A stretch of 63,910 nt of DNA, counting the filler, from Octopus bimaculoides (taxonomy: Eukaryota), in assembly GCF_001194135.2 (NCBI RefSeq). It is 3 parts of 3 records of this genome, joined end to end, with 100 filler letters (N's around TTAATTAATTAA, not from the genome) between each part and the next. Parts side by side here need not be neighbours in the genome. Positions count along the whole stretch, not along the records: positions 1 to 31,252 come from NC_068985.1; positions 31,353 to 42,517 come from NC_069000.1; 1 more part is not named here. One strand, 5' to 3'. The position numbers and the translations under genes were made by a program. This document shows positions 23,755-38,010 of this stretch, piece after piece. Positions within the stretch are counted from its first letter, which is position 1. The number at the start of each line of letters is the position of its first letter. Under the pieces are notes generated by a model that was not told where the DNA came from, searched no databases, and saw nothing but the letters and a program-made list of their open reading frames with translations.

Positions 23755-24015
23755 CTGCAACTATCTCTGTTACTCGTACTACAACTACTTATGTTGCTGT
23801 TGCTGCTACTATTACTACTACTACTACTACTACTACTACTACAACTACCACTACTACTGCTGCTGCTGCTACTGCTGCTACTACTACTGTTGCCGCTGCT
23901 ACTGCTGCTGCTGTTCATACTGCTGTTACTACTGTTACTACCACCCCCACCACCCTCACCACCACCACCACCACCATATATACTACTACTACACCACTAT
24001 TGCTGCTGCTACTGT

Positions 24016-24084
<69 letters not shown>

Positions 24085-24085
24085 A
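23755..24085. repeat. (CTA/CTG/CCA)n trinucleotide microsatellite complex
   Basis: Directly visible repeats. They give the poly-L, poly-Y and poly-S pseudo-ORFs. Confidence 0.95.
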
Positions 24086-24519
24086 GTCTTTTAAGCCATA
24101 TTCATGCGGAAGGTAAAAATTTTCATCAAGAAACAAAACGAAAAACTACAGAAGACATTCTTTCAGCAGAGTAGAAAATTGATTTTATATAAAACCTCAA
24201 ACAGATTATAAAAAAATTATTTAATAATCTTATGCATACATTTTTTAATGTCAACTTTAGATTTTATATTAGTCCTATTATTTCTAAATTTTGCTACATA
24301 TTCATGGAGTTCCTAATCTGAGTTGGTTCAACTTAACTATTGTCCATTAATAAATCTTTTAAAAATAAGCTATTATTTTTTGATAGATACCGTCTTCATA
24401 ACAATATGTATGTTAGTGTTGCCATTTTAATGTAAAATCTATTAAAATGTTTCCACCCGCAAATCAGATATGCGGAGGAATAAAAATAGTATTTACATGT
24501 GGTCCCCCAAAGGGTCGCA

Positions 24520-24990
24520 GCTATTATTAAGGAGGTTATTATTTCGTCGGGTTATGTATAGGGGCATGCACCGTTGCAGCGAATCGCAGCATCCAGCACT
24601 TGTCGATGTTTGCTTTGTATTTGCTCCAGGTCAACCCTCCGAGCAGTGTCTCCGTTTATGCAAGATACTTCTTCATCCAATATGACCATGTAGCATGTGG
24701 CCGACCAATATGAATCGTCAATCGTAGCCGGATCCTCAGAGAGGAGAACATGATATGCAGGTTCCAACTCGGAAAGTCGAGCAACATGAGCAGACAGTCT
24801 GAAGTGATTCTCCCGAATCGTACGGGTAACAGGACGCATCCAACTTTCTGAGTAAAGTCGTTGGTTGTGTTCAAAACTCGACCAATTGTAAGCCATGACC
24901 TTTCGAAGCGTCCGGGTACCAAAGGAGTTCTTCAGGGTCTTCAAGGTCCCCGGACAAAGTCCATATCTCGCAACTATATACAAGACAGGG
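24520..24990 (-). mobile_element. RTE-clade LINE 3' end
   Basis: SFGTRTLRKVMAYNWSSFEHNQRLY..MRPVTRTIRENHFRLSAHVARL..LDAAIRCNGAC*, matching the RTE ORF C-terminus (cf. RQLRLFGHVAR). Confidence 0.8.
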
Positions 24991-25849
24991 AAGAGCCATA
25001 TAAAGCTGGATTATAATTTAGAAATTGAACTTAAGGAATTGTAAGGAAAAATGCATAGAAGTCACATATTTAATTTTTCTTGTCGTTTACTTGATACGAA
25101 GTTTCTCGCCTTTCGTAATCATATATAGTACAATTTCATTATTTTTAAAGTCTGTCAGAATGACAATGACCTGTGACTTGTGAATTATTGATTTTTGAAG
25201 TGAAGCATTTCATTAAAGGTGGAAATAATTGCAGTCTGGAGCAAATCCAAGGAATTTTTTTTCTTTGTCTTCGTAGAAATGAAGTAGATTAATAAATGAA
25301 GAGACTAGAAAGTTGTTAGTATTTATTTACAGATTAAAAACGGTTTCCGTTAACTAATACTATTTTTGTTTTTCCCGCAAGTAGGAGAGACAACTCTCGG
25401 CATTTTTGCATCTTTTCTCTTTTTTTATTTTTTTCACTTTTATTTGTTTTATTATCTTTACTTATTTATTTTTCTTTTCTTTATTTATTTTAAGTATGAA
25501 GAATGTCAACCATAACATTGAAACCAATTTATTTCGATTTATTTCCTTGCACCAAAATGAACACTTCTATGCAATTCTCATTGATTCAGTCATAACCTAC
25601 AAGAACCGTGAACGCTATATTTCGTTGAAGAGCTCAGATTAAAACCAAAACATGTCCGGGGTTGTTTACGATACTTGCAACATAGAATGAAAAGTATATT
25701 AATGTCGGTTTATTTCATCACATATCTGTTCCAAATTAGCCTTATAATATTCTCTATACATTAAATATCATAGCACAAGCTTATATGTTATTCATTGTCT
25801 AACCTCAAATTACTTATGAAATAGCTTTTTATTATTTGTACTCTTACAG

Positions 25850-26001
25850 ACAAAGCACCTGCTTCAACCATCAATGACCCCTATTTAGAAGTAGAACAGG
25901 AATGTGGTTCCTTTCCGAATCGCAATAATGTAAATAGGATTTTATGTGAAAATTATCAGGGCTGTTTTTGGCGTTGTTCCAAAATCTCTGAAAGCCGCTA
26001 A
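25850..26001 (+). CDS. Candidate terminal coding exon, small Cys-containing peptide of unknown identity
   Basis: Good acceptor (tttgtactcttacag). Open frame DKAPASTINDPYLEVEQECGSFPNRNNVNRILCENYQGCFWRCSKISESR*, with AATAAA overlapping the stop. No upstream exon identified. Confidence 0.25.
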
Positions 26002-26974
26002 TAAATCAGACAAAAGCAACAGTCTTATCTATTTCAGGCGAAATTCGTGATATGGTGTTTATTCCTTACATTCTTCAACTACAAGCAAGTTGTGAGAATA
26101 CACGAAACAAGATGCAAGAATTAAAAAGTCTGTTTAACTGTTGATTGCTGAAAGATAAAACTGGCACAAACTTTACTGTCTTATCAACTTGATACCCAAA
26201 ATGAAAATTTCTTCCTTGGAAACGAAGTAACTTTTAAAGACATTTTTATGTCTTTTGTTAGTTTCATTTTTCAGTGAAACTGTGTTTTAATACAACGATC
26301 CTTGTATTAAAAGGGAAAATTACAGTAATTTAATTACGGTTTTATTTTTCAATTTAAAACAGTGATTTGTCAGTCCATGTTTTATGAAATTACCTTAACA
26401 ACTGGTAGTCGAAATTAATACCAGTTAATTAAGAGTAAGTTTAATATCATAACCCTCTTCGTAAGCCCCATTAGTAGATGTTAGTATGGTACTTTAGTGT
26501 CATATTTCACTATACATCTTGGTTATACAAGTCAATTATAAACGCTATTTTCGACAGAGCTGTAAAGAAATTCTGGCTGTGAAAATAGCAATCAAAACAA
26601 GTATTTTTATAAAGACTTAAATTCGAAGAGTTGCCTATCAAATAAACAAGTAACTTTGGATGTCTGTTTTACCATCACGAGTAATATCAGGAAATGTGGC
26701 ATACATACAATAATTCAATTTTTATCAAATTTCTTGTTATAGAAAATGATGAAATACACATTAATTAAAAAAAAAAAATTATTACACTGTCTTTTATTCC
26801 GTCTCTTCTACCTCTGTCTCTATGATTCTTTCATTCTCACTTTGTATGTAAAACGTTCTTTTACATATTGTCTGTCATTTTCTGCCACGAGGCCTAGTAT
26901 GTGCACTCATCATGATCTTCTCTCTATCTCTCTCTCTCTCTCTACGATGTAAAGCCTCACTGGAGAATCAATTA

Positions 26975-27175
26975 TCCAGCAGCAAAAGAATTGTCTGGTT
27001 TTCAAAGTGGATGTATTGTAGGTGAATCTGGCGATGGACGTTGCCCATCTTCCGTGTGCGATAACCACCAGCTAGTGATGAAAACTCATTCCACTCGCAA
27101 AAATACGATATGCTTTTTCCAGCGACGAACTGTCACTGATTTCGAAAAAGGAGAAATAAATTATATTGAATCTCT
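26975..27175 (+). mobile_element. Possible Tc1-like transposase N-terminal remnant
   Basis: KELSGFQSGCIVG and TVTDFEKGEI resemble the Tc1 motif ELSDFERGxIVG. There is no further support. Confidence 0.25.
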
Positions 27176-27681
27176 GAGCTAGAGGTAAGCAGTAACAATA
27201 CGGAATCGTAAAATATATTTGTCAACAGCTTGTCGCTGGAAAAAGCATATAGTATTTTGCGAGTGTGTGCGCACGCATGCTGTAAGTATGTATGTATGTG
27301 TCTGCATGTGTATGTTTTTTATGTTCATGTATATCACCAGCACCGATTGACAACCAGTGTTGGTTTGTTTATGTATGCGTAAGGTAGTGGCTTGGCAAAG
27401 AATATTGACAGAATAAGTACCAGACTTTTTTCAAAAATACGTTTTGGGATCGATTCGCTCGACTAAAAGGAAAACCTTCAAGGCGGTCCATCGACTGAAA
27501 CAAGGAATAGATAAAAGAATGCAATAGCTCCAGTCATACCCACAAAATTAAATAGTCTCATAACTAATTTTAAAACAAAAATATTGCAGAATCTGTAGAT
27601 TTAGTATTCGTAATGTTAAGGTCAGTTCTGTTATAATTAACATAGCGAGCAAAAAAAAATTAATTCATTAAAATTAATTAA

Positions 27682-27805
27682 AACTAGAATGTGAGCAATG
27701 CTGAGTAGGTATTGAGTCTAATCTTGGTAGCGCAGAGTCGACTCTGGATATATTTCGGTCTTATTAAATCTTTTCAGTAAATAAAGCTTTTAGTTCTGCT
27801 AACAA
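27682..27805 (+). repeat. 124-bp direct repeat, copy 1 (copy 2 at 29064-29187)
   Basis: The two copies differ at one position (ttcagtaaat versus ttcggtaaat). Confidence 0.92.
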
Positions 27806-28595
27806 ATGAAGATGATTGCTTTAACTAATATGCCTAACCTTCTTTAAAACGGTAGGGTGTGATTTGAAGAGGATTTGACTTCTGTTTCTATATATATCTA
27901 TATATATAATATAAGTAGTCACCGAGTGACTATTTATATATATGACTGGCTGGTGTAGGGTTGTCGGCTCAGTTTAGCAGTAGTTGTGGTGATGTATTTA
28001 GATTCATATTTTGAAAATATGAATCTAATATGAGTCCAGCTCGATAAAGGAAATTCAAACTGATTTTAATTTGATTTATTAGGCATTTATAATGGGAGAG
28101 AATGTTCCATTCATCAAGTATGTCTCATTTGGAATATATAATATTTTTCATTATCGTATCGATTGTCATTAGATGATTAATAAAAAAAATTGACAGTAAA
28201 TTTTACAATTTTCTGATTCGGACTTAGATAGCCGAGATATTTCATGCGACAAAAGCAATATAGATGCCAAAAATGGCAGAAAGAGTACATTAGATTGCTA
28301 TAATTTCTTTCAAATCTCATAGACAGAAATATCTCATTTCAAATTTAATTTTATCGATCCGAAAGCTTTATAGAAATTTTACAAAAATGAAATTTGAGCC
28401 GGAGTAAATAACTTATGTTAAATCTCTTAGCAGCTGTAAGCAATGTGTATCATAAAAACGATCATATAATGGTCATCATCATCGGCTAACTAGGGAGCCT
28501 CTATAGTGGTGAAATATTAGGAGTTTGGGCCGAAGTAAAGGGGTTAATATCTGCAACAAAATATTTTTGGTATCTTTCTTAGTAGCGGTAAACAA

Positions 28596-29900
28596 TAGGG
28601 TGGAGCGAAAAATGTAACTTTCGAAATTGGTAACCAAGAATTAATATTTTGTTGCGAATTAGGGTTAAAAGAAATGTGTATAAAGAACTTTGCTATTAAA
28701 CATTTGTTTCAGATTCCGCAACACAATTGAAAATTTTAAAAATCTCTATTTTTGGTCGAATTTTGGATTTTCCCCATACCTGGATAAAACTCACTCAATA
28801 AGAACTCACTACTTGAATGGATCATAAACAAAAATTGACTGTAAAAAGGATTTAGATAATCCTATCAGGTGGTGCTATTAAGTTAGACATGGCCTGGACC
28901 AATCTTTGGTCGAAACATATCTAAGTTTATCTAAGTTTATAAGTCGTAACGAATACATATTTCTTCATACAGAATACATAATTATACATACAAATACATT
29001 TTCTACATAGCAGAGTACAAAACAGTAAATATAATATCCTTAAGAGGTTGCATACCAATTTGCAACTAGAATGTGAGCAATGCTGAGTAGGTATTGAGTC
29101 TAATCTTGGTAGCGCAGAGTCGACTCTGGATATATTTCGGTCTTATTAAATCTTTTCGGTAAATAAAGCTTTTAGTTCTGCTAACAAGGTTCTGCATTGA
29201 CCATAAAGAGAACGAGAGCGTGAACTTCTTTCTAAAGCCGCTGCAACGTTGCGTGTGGCCGTACGTCATACGTATGTTAAGTTTTCTACTTCGTACCTTG
29301 ACTTTAAACCATTGTATTAAAACTAATGATCGTGTTAAATTTAGTGCTATTTACATTTAGTGATGACTCATAAACCAATAACGCGTCATGATATTGAATG
29401 CCCAGTTTTTGGTACTCCATGTGATTTTAGCGAACGAGTTTTGCCAACTTACAAGGACGTACTAAAATGTGTTTTATTTGAACGAGAAAAAGAAAAGAAT
29501 GTAGTTAAGAAAGATCCTTCAATTAAATCGTCAATGTTGTAGCAGAAAAGATAATTCTTCTTTGGCAAAAGGCATCCATCCCTTGTGTTACGACTGAGTA
29601 ACTTAAAGCGAAAATCTTAAACTTTTATCTAAAGTACCAAGCATTACTAAAATCTATGAAAAATAGAAAAAATGTGCCATCGTCTCAATCAAAGTGTAAT
29701 GCATTTAAAAACAATGCAACAAAAGATTTATTTAACATTTTCTGTTGCAAGTGCAACTCCTTTAAAAACTACAGTTGTAGTAGAGACATAAAAGTGCCAC
29801 AGGGAGAACAAGATTTTTTTACAGGATCAACGGATAAACACAGCGGAATAGATCAAGAAGTATCAAAACAGAACGTTCAGAGGTTGATTCGTATTATTTA
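28596..29900 (+). mobile_element. 5' part of a DNA transposon (hAT/hATm-like) with disrupted transposase N-terminus
   Basis: Starts TAGGGTGGAGCG. Frameshifted coding at 29363-29810: CPVFG..VLPTYKDVLKC..IILLWQKASIPCV..DLFNIFCCKCNSFKNYSC..KVP. Superfamily assigned from memory of such proteins. Confidence 0.55.
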
Positions 29901-29989
29901 GTTACATGGAATTATTTCGAATAAATTGGAAATGTTAATTATTTTTATCACCAAAATGTGTCAAATATCAAAAATTGGCTTACACGTAA

Positions 29990-30435
29990 TTTTACTTCTA
30001 TCGAGCATTCTTTGCTGAACCACTAGATTACTGTGACGTAAACAAACCAACACTGATTGTCAAGCGGTGGTGGGACAAACACACACACGCTCACACACAT
30101 ACACTCACACACACATTGCGTACACACACAAACACATATATACACACATTATGTGTATGTGTACATATATCTTTTTGGTAATATTGGTTCTCGAAGCACA
30201 CATAAAGCTATAAATAATAACATGTAAATATAAGAATGAAAAAAAGAACCTTTTGAATAGAAAAGAATGAAGTGGCTTCCGCACAGTTTCTAACCACCAA
30301 ACTCACTCAAAAGGCATTGGTCGACCGAGAGCTAGGGCTGCAGTAGAAGAAACTTACTTAAGGTTCCAGGCAGTGGGACAGAACCCGAAACCATGTGGCT
30401 GCAGAGTGAGCTTCTTAACCACACAGCCATACCTG
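29990..30435 (-). mobile_element. SINE family A copy (tail + microsatellite + head), diverged
   Basis: Tail at about 29990-30080 and head at about 30270-30435. Confidence 0.7.
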
Positions 30436-31252
30436 TGCCTTCATTACATTTTCCAAATTTGATTTTTCTTTTTTTTTTTTTTTGCTTTGCTGTCTAGAAA
30501 AGAAATTATTAATTAAGAATAACTGAAGCGACAATATTATCCTTTAGGGGTTAAAAAAAATAAGTAGCAGTGAGAGGTCTTTCTTAATTGTGATTTTCCA
30601 TCAGTAAGAGCATTAGTATCAACGTGCTACCCACCTGGAGGTGTATAGTAATATGTGTTACGGGTATAAATATACACCTTGATACACAAATACATTTATA
30701 CATATACACACCTTCATACAAATACTCTCATGCGCATGTACACACACACACATTATACATATTCATATGCTCATATACACATAAACATCACCATCACATA
30801 TGCAGATTTAGAGACACTATTCACAAAGATTTTGCACTTTACATATATGTAAATAGATACGTTTCAGTTTGTGTGTATTCATAATTTAAGCATTGTCTTC
30901 TTATCACCATTCTCACTCTGCCTGTCCCTATCTCTGTCTGTCTGTCTCTCTCTCTCTGTCCCTCTATCTGTATGCTTGTCTGTCGGTCTGTCTGTCCCTC
31001 TCTCTCTCTCTCCTTCTCTTTCTCTCTCTTGTTATTTGTTTCTTTGTCTGTGAGTCTGTTTGAATCTGAGTCTGTTTGAATCTCTGTGAGACTGCCTATC
31101 TGTGAGTCTGTCTGTCCGTGAGTCACTCTGTCTGTCTGTCCGTGAGTCACTCTGTCTGTCTGTTCCTCTTTTTTCTCTGTCTCTGTCTGTCTCCCTCGCT
31201 CTGTCTCTGTCTCTTTCTCTCTCCCTACCCCCCTCTCTCTCTCTTATATATA

Positions 31253-31352
31253 NNNNNNNNNNNNNNNNNNNNNNNNNNNNNNNNNNNNNNNNNNNNTTAA
31301 TTAATTAANNNNNNNNNNNNNNNNNNNNNNNNNNNNNNNNNNNNNNNNNNNN
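31253..31352. other. Assembly placeholder: 44 N + TTAATTAATTAA + 44 N
   Basis: A six-frame-stop linker centred in exactly 100 positions. An identical construct lies at 42518-42617. Confidence 0.9.
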
Positions 31353-33264
31353 AGAAGAAGAAGGAGAAGAAGAAGAAGAAGAAGAAGAAGAAGAAGAAGA
31401 AGAAGAAGAAGAACAACAACAACAACAACGAGATAGCAAGAACAACAGTAACATCAACAGCAACAAGTAGAAAATCCTTTGAAAAACAACAAGTAAAGCA
31501 ACAGAAACAAACACAAAGAAGAACATATGCGCATACACACGCACACATATATATGTATGAAACCATAAATATACATACACATACTCGAGGACATTAACTC
31601 ATACACACACGTACACACACGTACACATACAGACACACACTCACATGCACACACACACACATTCAAAGCTCATACAAGTCACGCGTGAACACACTTAAAC
31701 ACCCACACATTATCGTTCCTACAAATGTGGGTGGCAGCCCTCACATGCCGCTCGTTTTTATAGCTTGGAGTACGTTTAACTCAAATGATAAACTCCGCAC
31801 AACATCCTCATCATTTCCTTAAAAATCTCGATAGCGTTTGTTGGAATTATCTCCCCTTTATTTTTATTTTTTTTGTTTTTGGATTCCGTTTACTAATTGC
31901 TCAATCTTTTAACCATCTATCTTTTATTAGTTTTTTCTAATTTGCTTCAGTCATTAGATTACGGTCATGCTGGAGCACCGCATCGAAGAATTATAGTCGA
32001 ACAAATTGACTCCAGCACTTATTTTCACTGGGTTCTTCTTCTACCGGTGTCTTTTGCCGAATCGCTAAGTTACAGGAACGTAGGTGCATCAGTAGAGTTT
32101 ATCAAGGCAAAGACTGCAGTGTTCAACGTTCTAACAAAACACCCGTGTTAAGTCGGATATAAAGATTGCCTATTATGATTTATGTCCAACTGTGAATCTT
32201 GTTAACGGAGGTCAATGACCTTCTTACGAAGCAGAACTTTGTCCTGTCATGTTTAACCAATTCTCAACAGGTTATTATTGTTGTTTAACTCTGGATAAAA
32301 CATCACCACAAAAGACAGATAATCAAAGGAATCTAAATTGTGACGATCCCGTCTTTTTAGAGCTACGTAGACTCGACTACTTGGTACAATTTATCTTTCC
32401 CATATTGAGAGCTGCAAGATTTGATATGACAAAATTCGATTGATGTTTCTAGCAAAACCGACGACAGCATACAGGCTTTTATGGACTCGTTCACCAATTC
32501 TGAAGCATGCGCCAATTGCCTCAAATTGATTTCCAATAGCGAAACGATTGCTGGTAACCCAAACGTCCACATAATCCGTTAAGCAAACGGTTTTTCTGTT
32601 TCTGGAATATTTTCTTATTTCCAAGCCATTTCCATGAAGAAATAGGTGCTAACGGAGACTCATAGAGAGCCAAAGCTGAACAAAGGACGTCAAGTGTTAC
32701 AGGATGGGATAATGACATGAAAGTATTTAAGAAAAATGATTAAACTCGAATACAACTGATCGAATACTAGAGAAATACCGAGGTGAAGGCAAATAATTGG
32801 CTGACTGGATTTATATACGGAACGCACATCACTCCTCAAAATGTACGCACAAGGTTACTCGTACACATAGGCCCACATAATTGTAAGCTCGCCCACAAAT
32901 ACATTCACACGTACTCGTCCCCATTCACACACATTCTCACACACACCATTCTCACATTCAAGTACGAGCTTAAGAACGCAATGCATCCCCAAGTTTGGTT
33001 CCCAGCCATATAGTTCCGCGATCAATTCCACTGAGTGGTACCTTGTGAAGTAGCGTTCTACTAATGCCCCAGGCTGACCAAAACCTCGTCTCCAGCGATT
33101 TGACTAGGGATTCGTTAACGACAATGTAACTTTGATTTCACTAAGGATCTTCGGCCTGATGAGTGCCTAGTGAAGCGCTACACGTTGGGTAATTATTAGT
33201 TCCGAGGATCTGTTAGGTAGGAAACCTATGTGACCTGAATTTTACCTGCTCCATTCTCCAAATT

Positions 33265-33339
<75 letters not shown>

Positions 33340-34600
33340 NNNNNNNNNNNNNNNNNNNNNNNNNNNNNNNNNNNNNNNNNNNNNNNNNNNNNNNNNNNNN
33401 NNNNNNNNNNNNNNNNNNNNNNNNNNNNNNNNNNNNNNNNNNNNNNNNNNNNNNNNNNNNNNNNNNNNNNNNNNNNNNNNNNNNNNNNNNNNNNNNNNNN
33501 NNNNNNNNNNNNNNNNNNNNNNNNNNNNNNNNNNNNNNNNNNNNNNNNNNNNNNNNNNNNNNNNNNNNNNNNNNNNNTATATATATATATATATAAGTAT
33601 ATTTAAAACAATATTCAATCGTATCCTCCCGTCTCTATATATAAGTTATGTGTGTGTACTATATATATATTTTCTATATTTGCATAAGAACGTATGGAAA
33701 ATAGATACGTGCTTGCCTGATTATACATATGTAGACACACATACACACACACACACGCTCACGCACATATACATATACATACATATATATATGTATACGC
33801 AAAAATATATATGCATGTGTGTGTATGTGTGTGTACACACACACACACACATATATAAACGTAAGCATACATATATGTGCGTGTTTGTGTGTGTGTGTGT
33901 GTCTGCCTATATTTGTGTACGCATGCGTACAAATTTCTTTTAGGAGACCACAGTCTCCCTCCCGCACACACCTCCATCTCAGCCCTTCTTTTCAAACCTT
34001 TGTTAGTTCTGTCTTTTTCTTTCGCAACCATTTCTCTCAGTAAACTTTCAGTGTATAAGTGGATGAGTGGGTCGAACAGATGTCATAACTATTAGAGAGG
34101 TTTTCCGACTCGTCTGTCGACCATGTGTGCAAGTCACTATACACTGGTATATGACTACACACACACATACACACACTCGCATATATATATATATATATAT
34201 ATATATANNNNNNNNNNNNNNNNNNNNNNNNNNNNNNNNNNNNNNNNNNNNNNNNNNNNNNNNNNNNNNNNNNNNNNNNNNNNNNNNNNNNNNNNNNNNN
34301 NNNNNNNNNNNNNNNNNNATATATACATATATATATATATCCCTAGATACTGCATACCGAAGTAAGTGTTACGTCTTCAGCACAATATGGCTGAAATCAA
34401 AAAATGTCTGCTTAACCAATCAGCAGATTAAGGAGGAAAACCAGGTTCAGTCGGGAGCAGTGGGAACATATGTGTTATATAGTTCAGGTTCTTTAACGAA
34501 TGTGTGTGCATACATACATACATACATACATACATACATACATACATACATACATTCATACATACATACATATTGCGTATAACTGCCTTCATTACTTTAC

Positions 34601-34703
<103 letters not shown>

Positions 34704-34851
34704 CGTATATGTATGTACGACGTATGTATATATGTATGTATATATATATATATATATATAAAGAGAGATAGAGAGATAGAGAGACAAAGACAGAGTTATG
34801 CACACATACATACACATATACACATACATACATCCGTTCATNNNNNNNNNN

Positions 34852-34896
<45 letters not shown>

Positions 34897-35037
34897 GTTT
34901 TACGCATGCCTATGTAGAAATATGTATGTGTGGATATGTATATCAATATATGTATGTATAGATATACATATACGTATGCATGTGTGTATATATGTGTGTG
35001 TGTATATGTATGTCTCTCTCTCTCTCACTCTCTGTAT

Positions 35038-35068
<31 letters not shown>

Positions 35069-35159
35069 AACATATATATATATATATACACGTAGATTGA
35101 CCGTGGTAAATATTAAATATTTTTGTCATAAGGGTTATTTGAAGCCTCCTCTTTTCCTT

Positions 35160-35340
35160 TATGTAACTTGCAACCCCTCGGTTACGACGACGAGGGCTCA
35201 AGTCGATCTGATCAACGGATTAGCTTGCTTGTGAAAATAACGGGCAAGTAGCTGAGTACTCCACACACGTGTGTCCTAAACGTAGTTCTCAGTTGAATTC
35301 AGCATGTGACAAAGCTGGCCCTTTGAAATTCACTACGCAT
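35160..35340 (-). mobile_element. Diverged 3' fragment of SINE family C
   Basis: cggttacgacgacgaggg...gatcaacgga...gtagttctc...gtgacaaagctggccctttgaaatt matches 38030-38190. Confidence 0.7.
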
Positions 35341-36696
35341 TTTAGCCAGCTGAGTAGACGGAAGCAGCCCAAAGACACAACCCACCGCCAAGTATCGACT
35401 CACAACATTACGATCATGAGTCGTCTACCCTAACCATTAAGCTACGCGCCTTCCCTTTCCTTTCTATAATTCAAATAGCTATAAATTCATAATATCGACT
35501 ACACATTGAGACATTGTTCGTTCTCATTGATGGAATTCTGCTCTTTGAATACGCAAAACTGTAATGTCTAAAATTGTAATGTGTCTGTTTACTTTTTACA
35601 TATCTTAGTATGTATTCAAACGTCACAACTTGTCATATTTTCCCAGCAGAGTGTTCTGAATGTATTTTTCATTAGCTTTCTAAGAGACTTAATACTTCTC
35701 GTTGATATATATATATATATATATANNNNNNNNNNNNNNNNNNNNNNNNNNNNNNNNNNNNNNNNNNNNNNNNNNNNNNNNNNNNNNNNNNNNNNNNNNN
35801 NNNNNNNNNNNNNNNNNNNNNNNNNNNNNNNNNNNNNNNNNNNNNNNNNNNNNNNNNNNNNNNNNNNNNNNNNNNNNNNNNNNNNNNNNNNNNNNNNNNN
35901 NNNNNNNNNNNNNNNNNNNNNNNNNNNNNNNNNNNNNNNNNNNNNNNNNNNNNNNNNNNNNNNNNNNNNNNNNNNNNNNNNNNNNNNNNNNNNNNNNNNN
36001 NNNNNNNNNNNNNNNNNNNNNNNNNNNNNNNNNNNNNNNNNNNNNNNNNNNNNNNNNNNNNNNNNNNNNNNNNNNNNNNNNNNNNNNNNNNNNNNNNNNN
36101 NNNNNNNNNNNNNNNNNNNNNNNNNNNNNNNNNNNNNNNNNNNNNNNNNNNNNNNNNNNNTATATATATATATATATATATATATCTTGCCCCTCCCTCT
36201 CTCACTCGTATGCGTACACATATACGCGCATTCACACATTGTGTATTCAGTGTTTAACCATTAATTCTATCATTTAAATGTTCGGCGGTTCTAAAATTCT
36301 AAGAAAGCGACTATAATAGAGAATTTAAATCTTTACAGTTTAAGAATAGACTTGAACATTTCACGAGCGAATATGCAGTTCAGTTATTTTTATGAACTGA
36401 CTCTAAAGAATTTGGGACAGATTTGTTGCTTTGCATCTTTGGTTAAAGGAAGCAATAATAATAATAGTTCCTAATTATGCTTGCTGTGAGTGATCATGTG
36501 ATGTTTACAAACAGCGTCTCTAAAGGGATGTAGATAGCCAGTAAAGACAAAAAGGGAGAGAAAGAGAGAGATAATAAGAGAAAGAGAGATAAACGGAGAG
36601 GCGGAGGGAAAGAGCGAGACAAACGTGAATGAAACATGGCTGAAGAGGTGGGATTAATAGCGAGAAGTGAGGGATATAAAAGGGAGAGAGAGCTGT

Positions 36697-36742
<46 letters not shown>

Positions 36743-36924
36743 GTAAAAAGGAGATGAAAAGGAGAGGAAGGGGAGAGAAAGGAGAGAGGAGAGAGAGGAG
36801 AAAAGGATAGAAAAATAGAGAGAACGTGTGTATGTAGTTTTATGTGGAGTATGGAATTAGTAAGAAAGCGACAAAGGCAGAGAAAGGACGAACGACTAGA
36901 GAAAAAGTGAGTTCACGTGACAGA

Positions 36925-36981
<57 letters not shown>

Positions 36982-38010
36982 NNNNNNNNNNNNNNNNNNN
37001 NNNNNNNNNNNNNNNNNNNNNNNNNNNNNNNNNNNNNNNNNNNNNNNNNNNNNNNNNNNNNNNNNNNNNNNNNNNNNNNNNNNNNNNNNNNNNNNNNNNN
37101 NNNNNNNNNNNNNNNNNNNNNNNNNNNNNNNNNNNNNNNNNNNNNNNNNNNNNNNNNNNNNNNNNNNNNNNNNNNNNNNNNNNNNNNNNNNNNNNNNNNN
37201 NNNNNNNNNNNNNNNNNNNNNNNNNNNNNNNNNNNNNNNNNNNNNNNNNNNNNNNNNNNNNNNNNNNNNNNNNNNNNNNNNNNNNNNNNNNNNNNNNNNN
37301 NNNNNNNNNNNNNNNNNNNNNNNNNNNNNNNNNNNNNNNNNNNNNNNNNNNNNNNNNNNNNNNNNNNNNNNNNNNNNNNNNNNNNNNNNNNNNNNATATA
37401 TATGTCTTCCTCTGTGTCACCGCCGCCTTCGCTACTCCGTCCCCTTTATCTTCTAAATTTGCTCCCATCACATACACACACACACCCGCCCCCTCCGCTC
37501 CGCTCTTCGTCCTCTCCTGTCCTCCGCCACCTTTCCCATCTTTCGGCTTTGAATTCTTTATTCGCTTGGATCAACTTTAATGGCAGCTGTTGTGTTGAAA
37601 TAGCTGGACGGGAAGAAGACATGGGTTAGGGGCTAGAGCTAGCAGTGTCTCTACGCGAAAACTTTTTCAGGCTATCTAACTAACAACAACAACAACAACA
37701 ATAACAATAACAATAAGAATACCACTAACAACAACAGCATCAACATCAACAATAACAACAACAGTGATAAGTACAGTAATTATAGCAGCTATAAAAACAA
37801 CAGCATCAACAATAGCAACTAAATCTATCTCAACATCACTGAATGACTCCATCAAACGCAGCATCAACAAAGTCAAGACAACGAGGAAGCTTGTACGTGA
37901 TTCCTCCACGTGCTAGAAAAAACAGTCAACTACCCCTCTTATCTTACTTATACGTGTACAGCATCGAATTTCTGGATACCGTTGGACCGAATCAGCCTAG
38001 AATCCGCACT

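Noticed and set aside
31297-31308. TTAATTAATTAA island inside Ns (also 42562-42573)
   Set aside because: Artificial six-frame-stop linker in a 100-position placeholder, not biological.
32250-32720. Several overlapping 60-77 aa ORFs in unique sequence
   Set aside because: No recognisable motif and no consistent frame or splice signals.
33156-33186. CTGATGA-GTGC..GCGC-TACACGT
   Set aside because: GAAA is absent and stem I is not supported. At best a dead remnant, so not called as a ribozyme.
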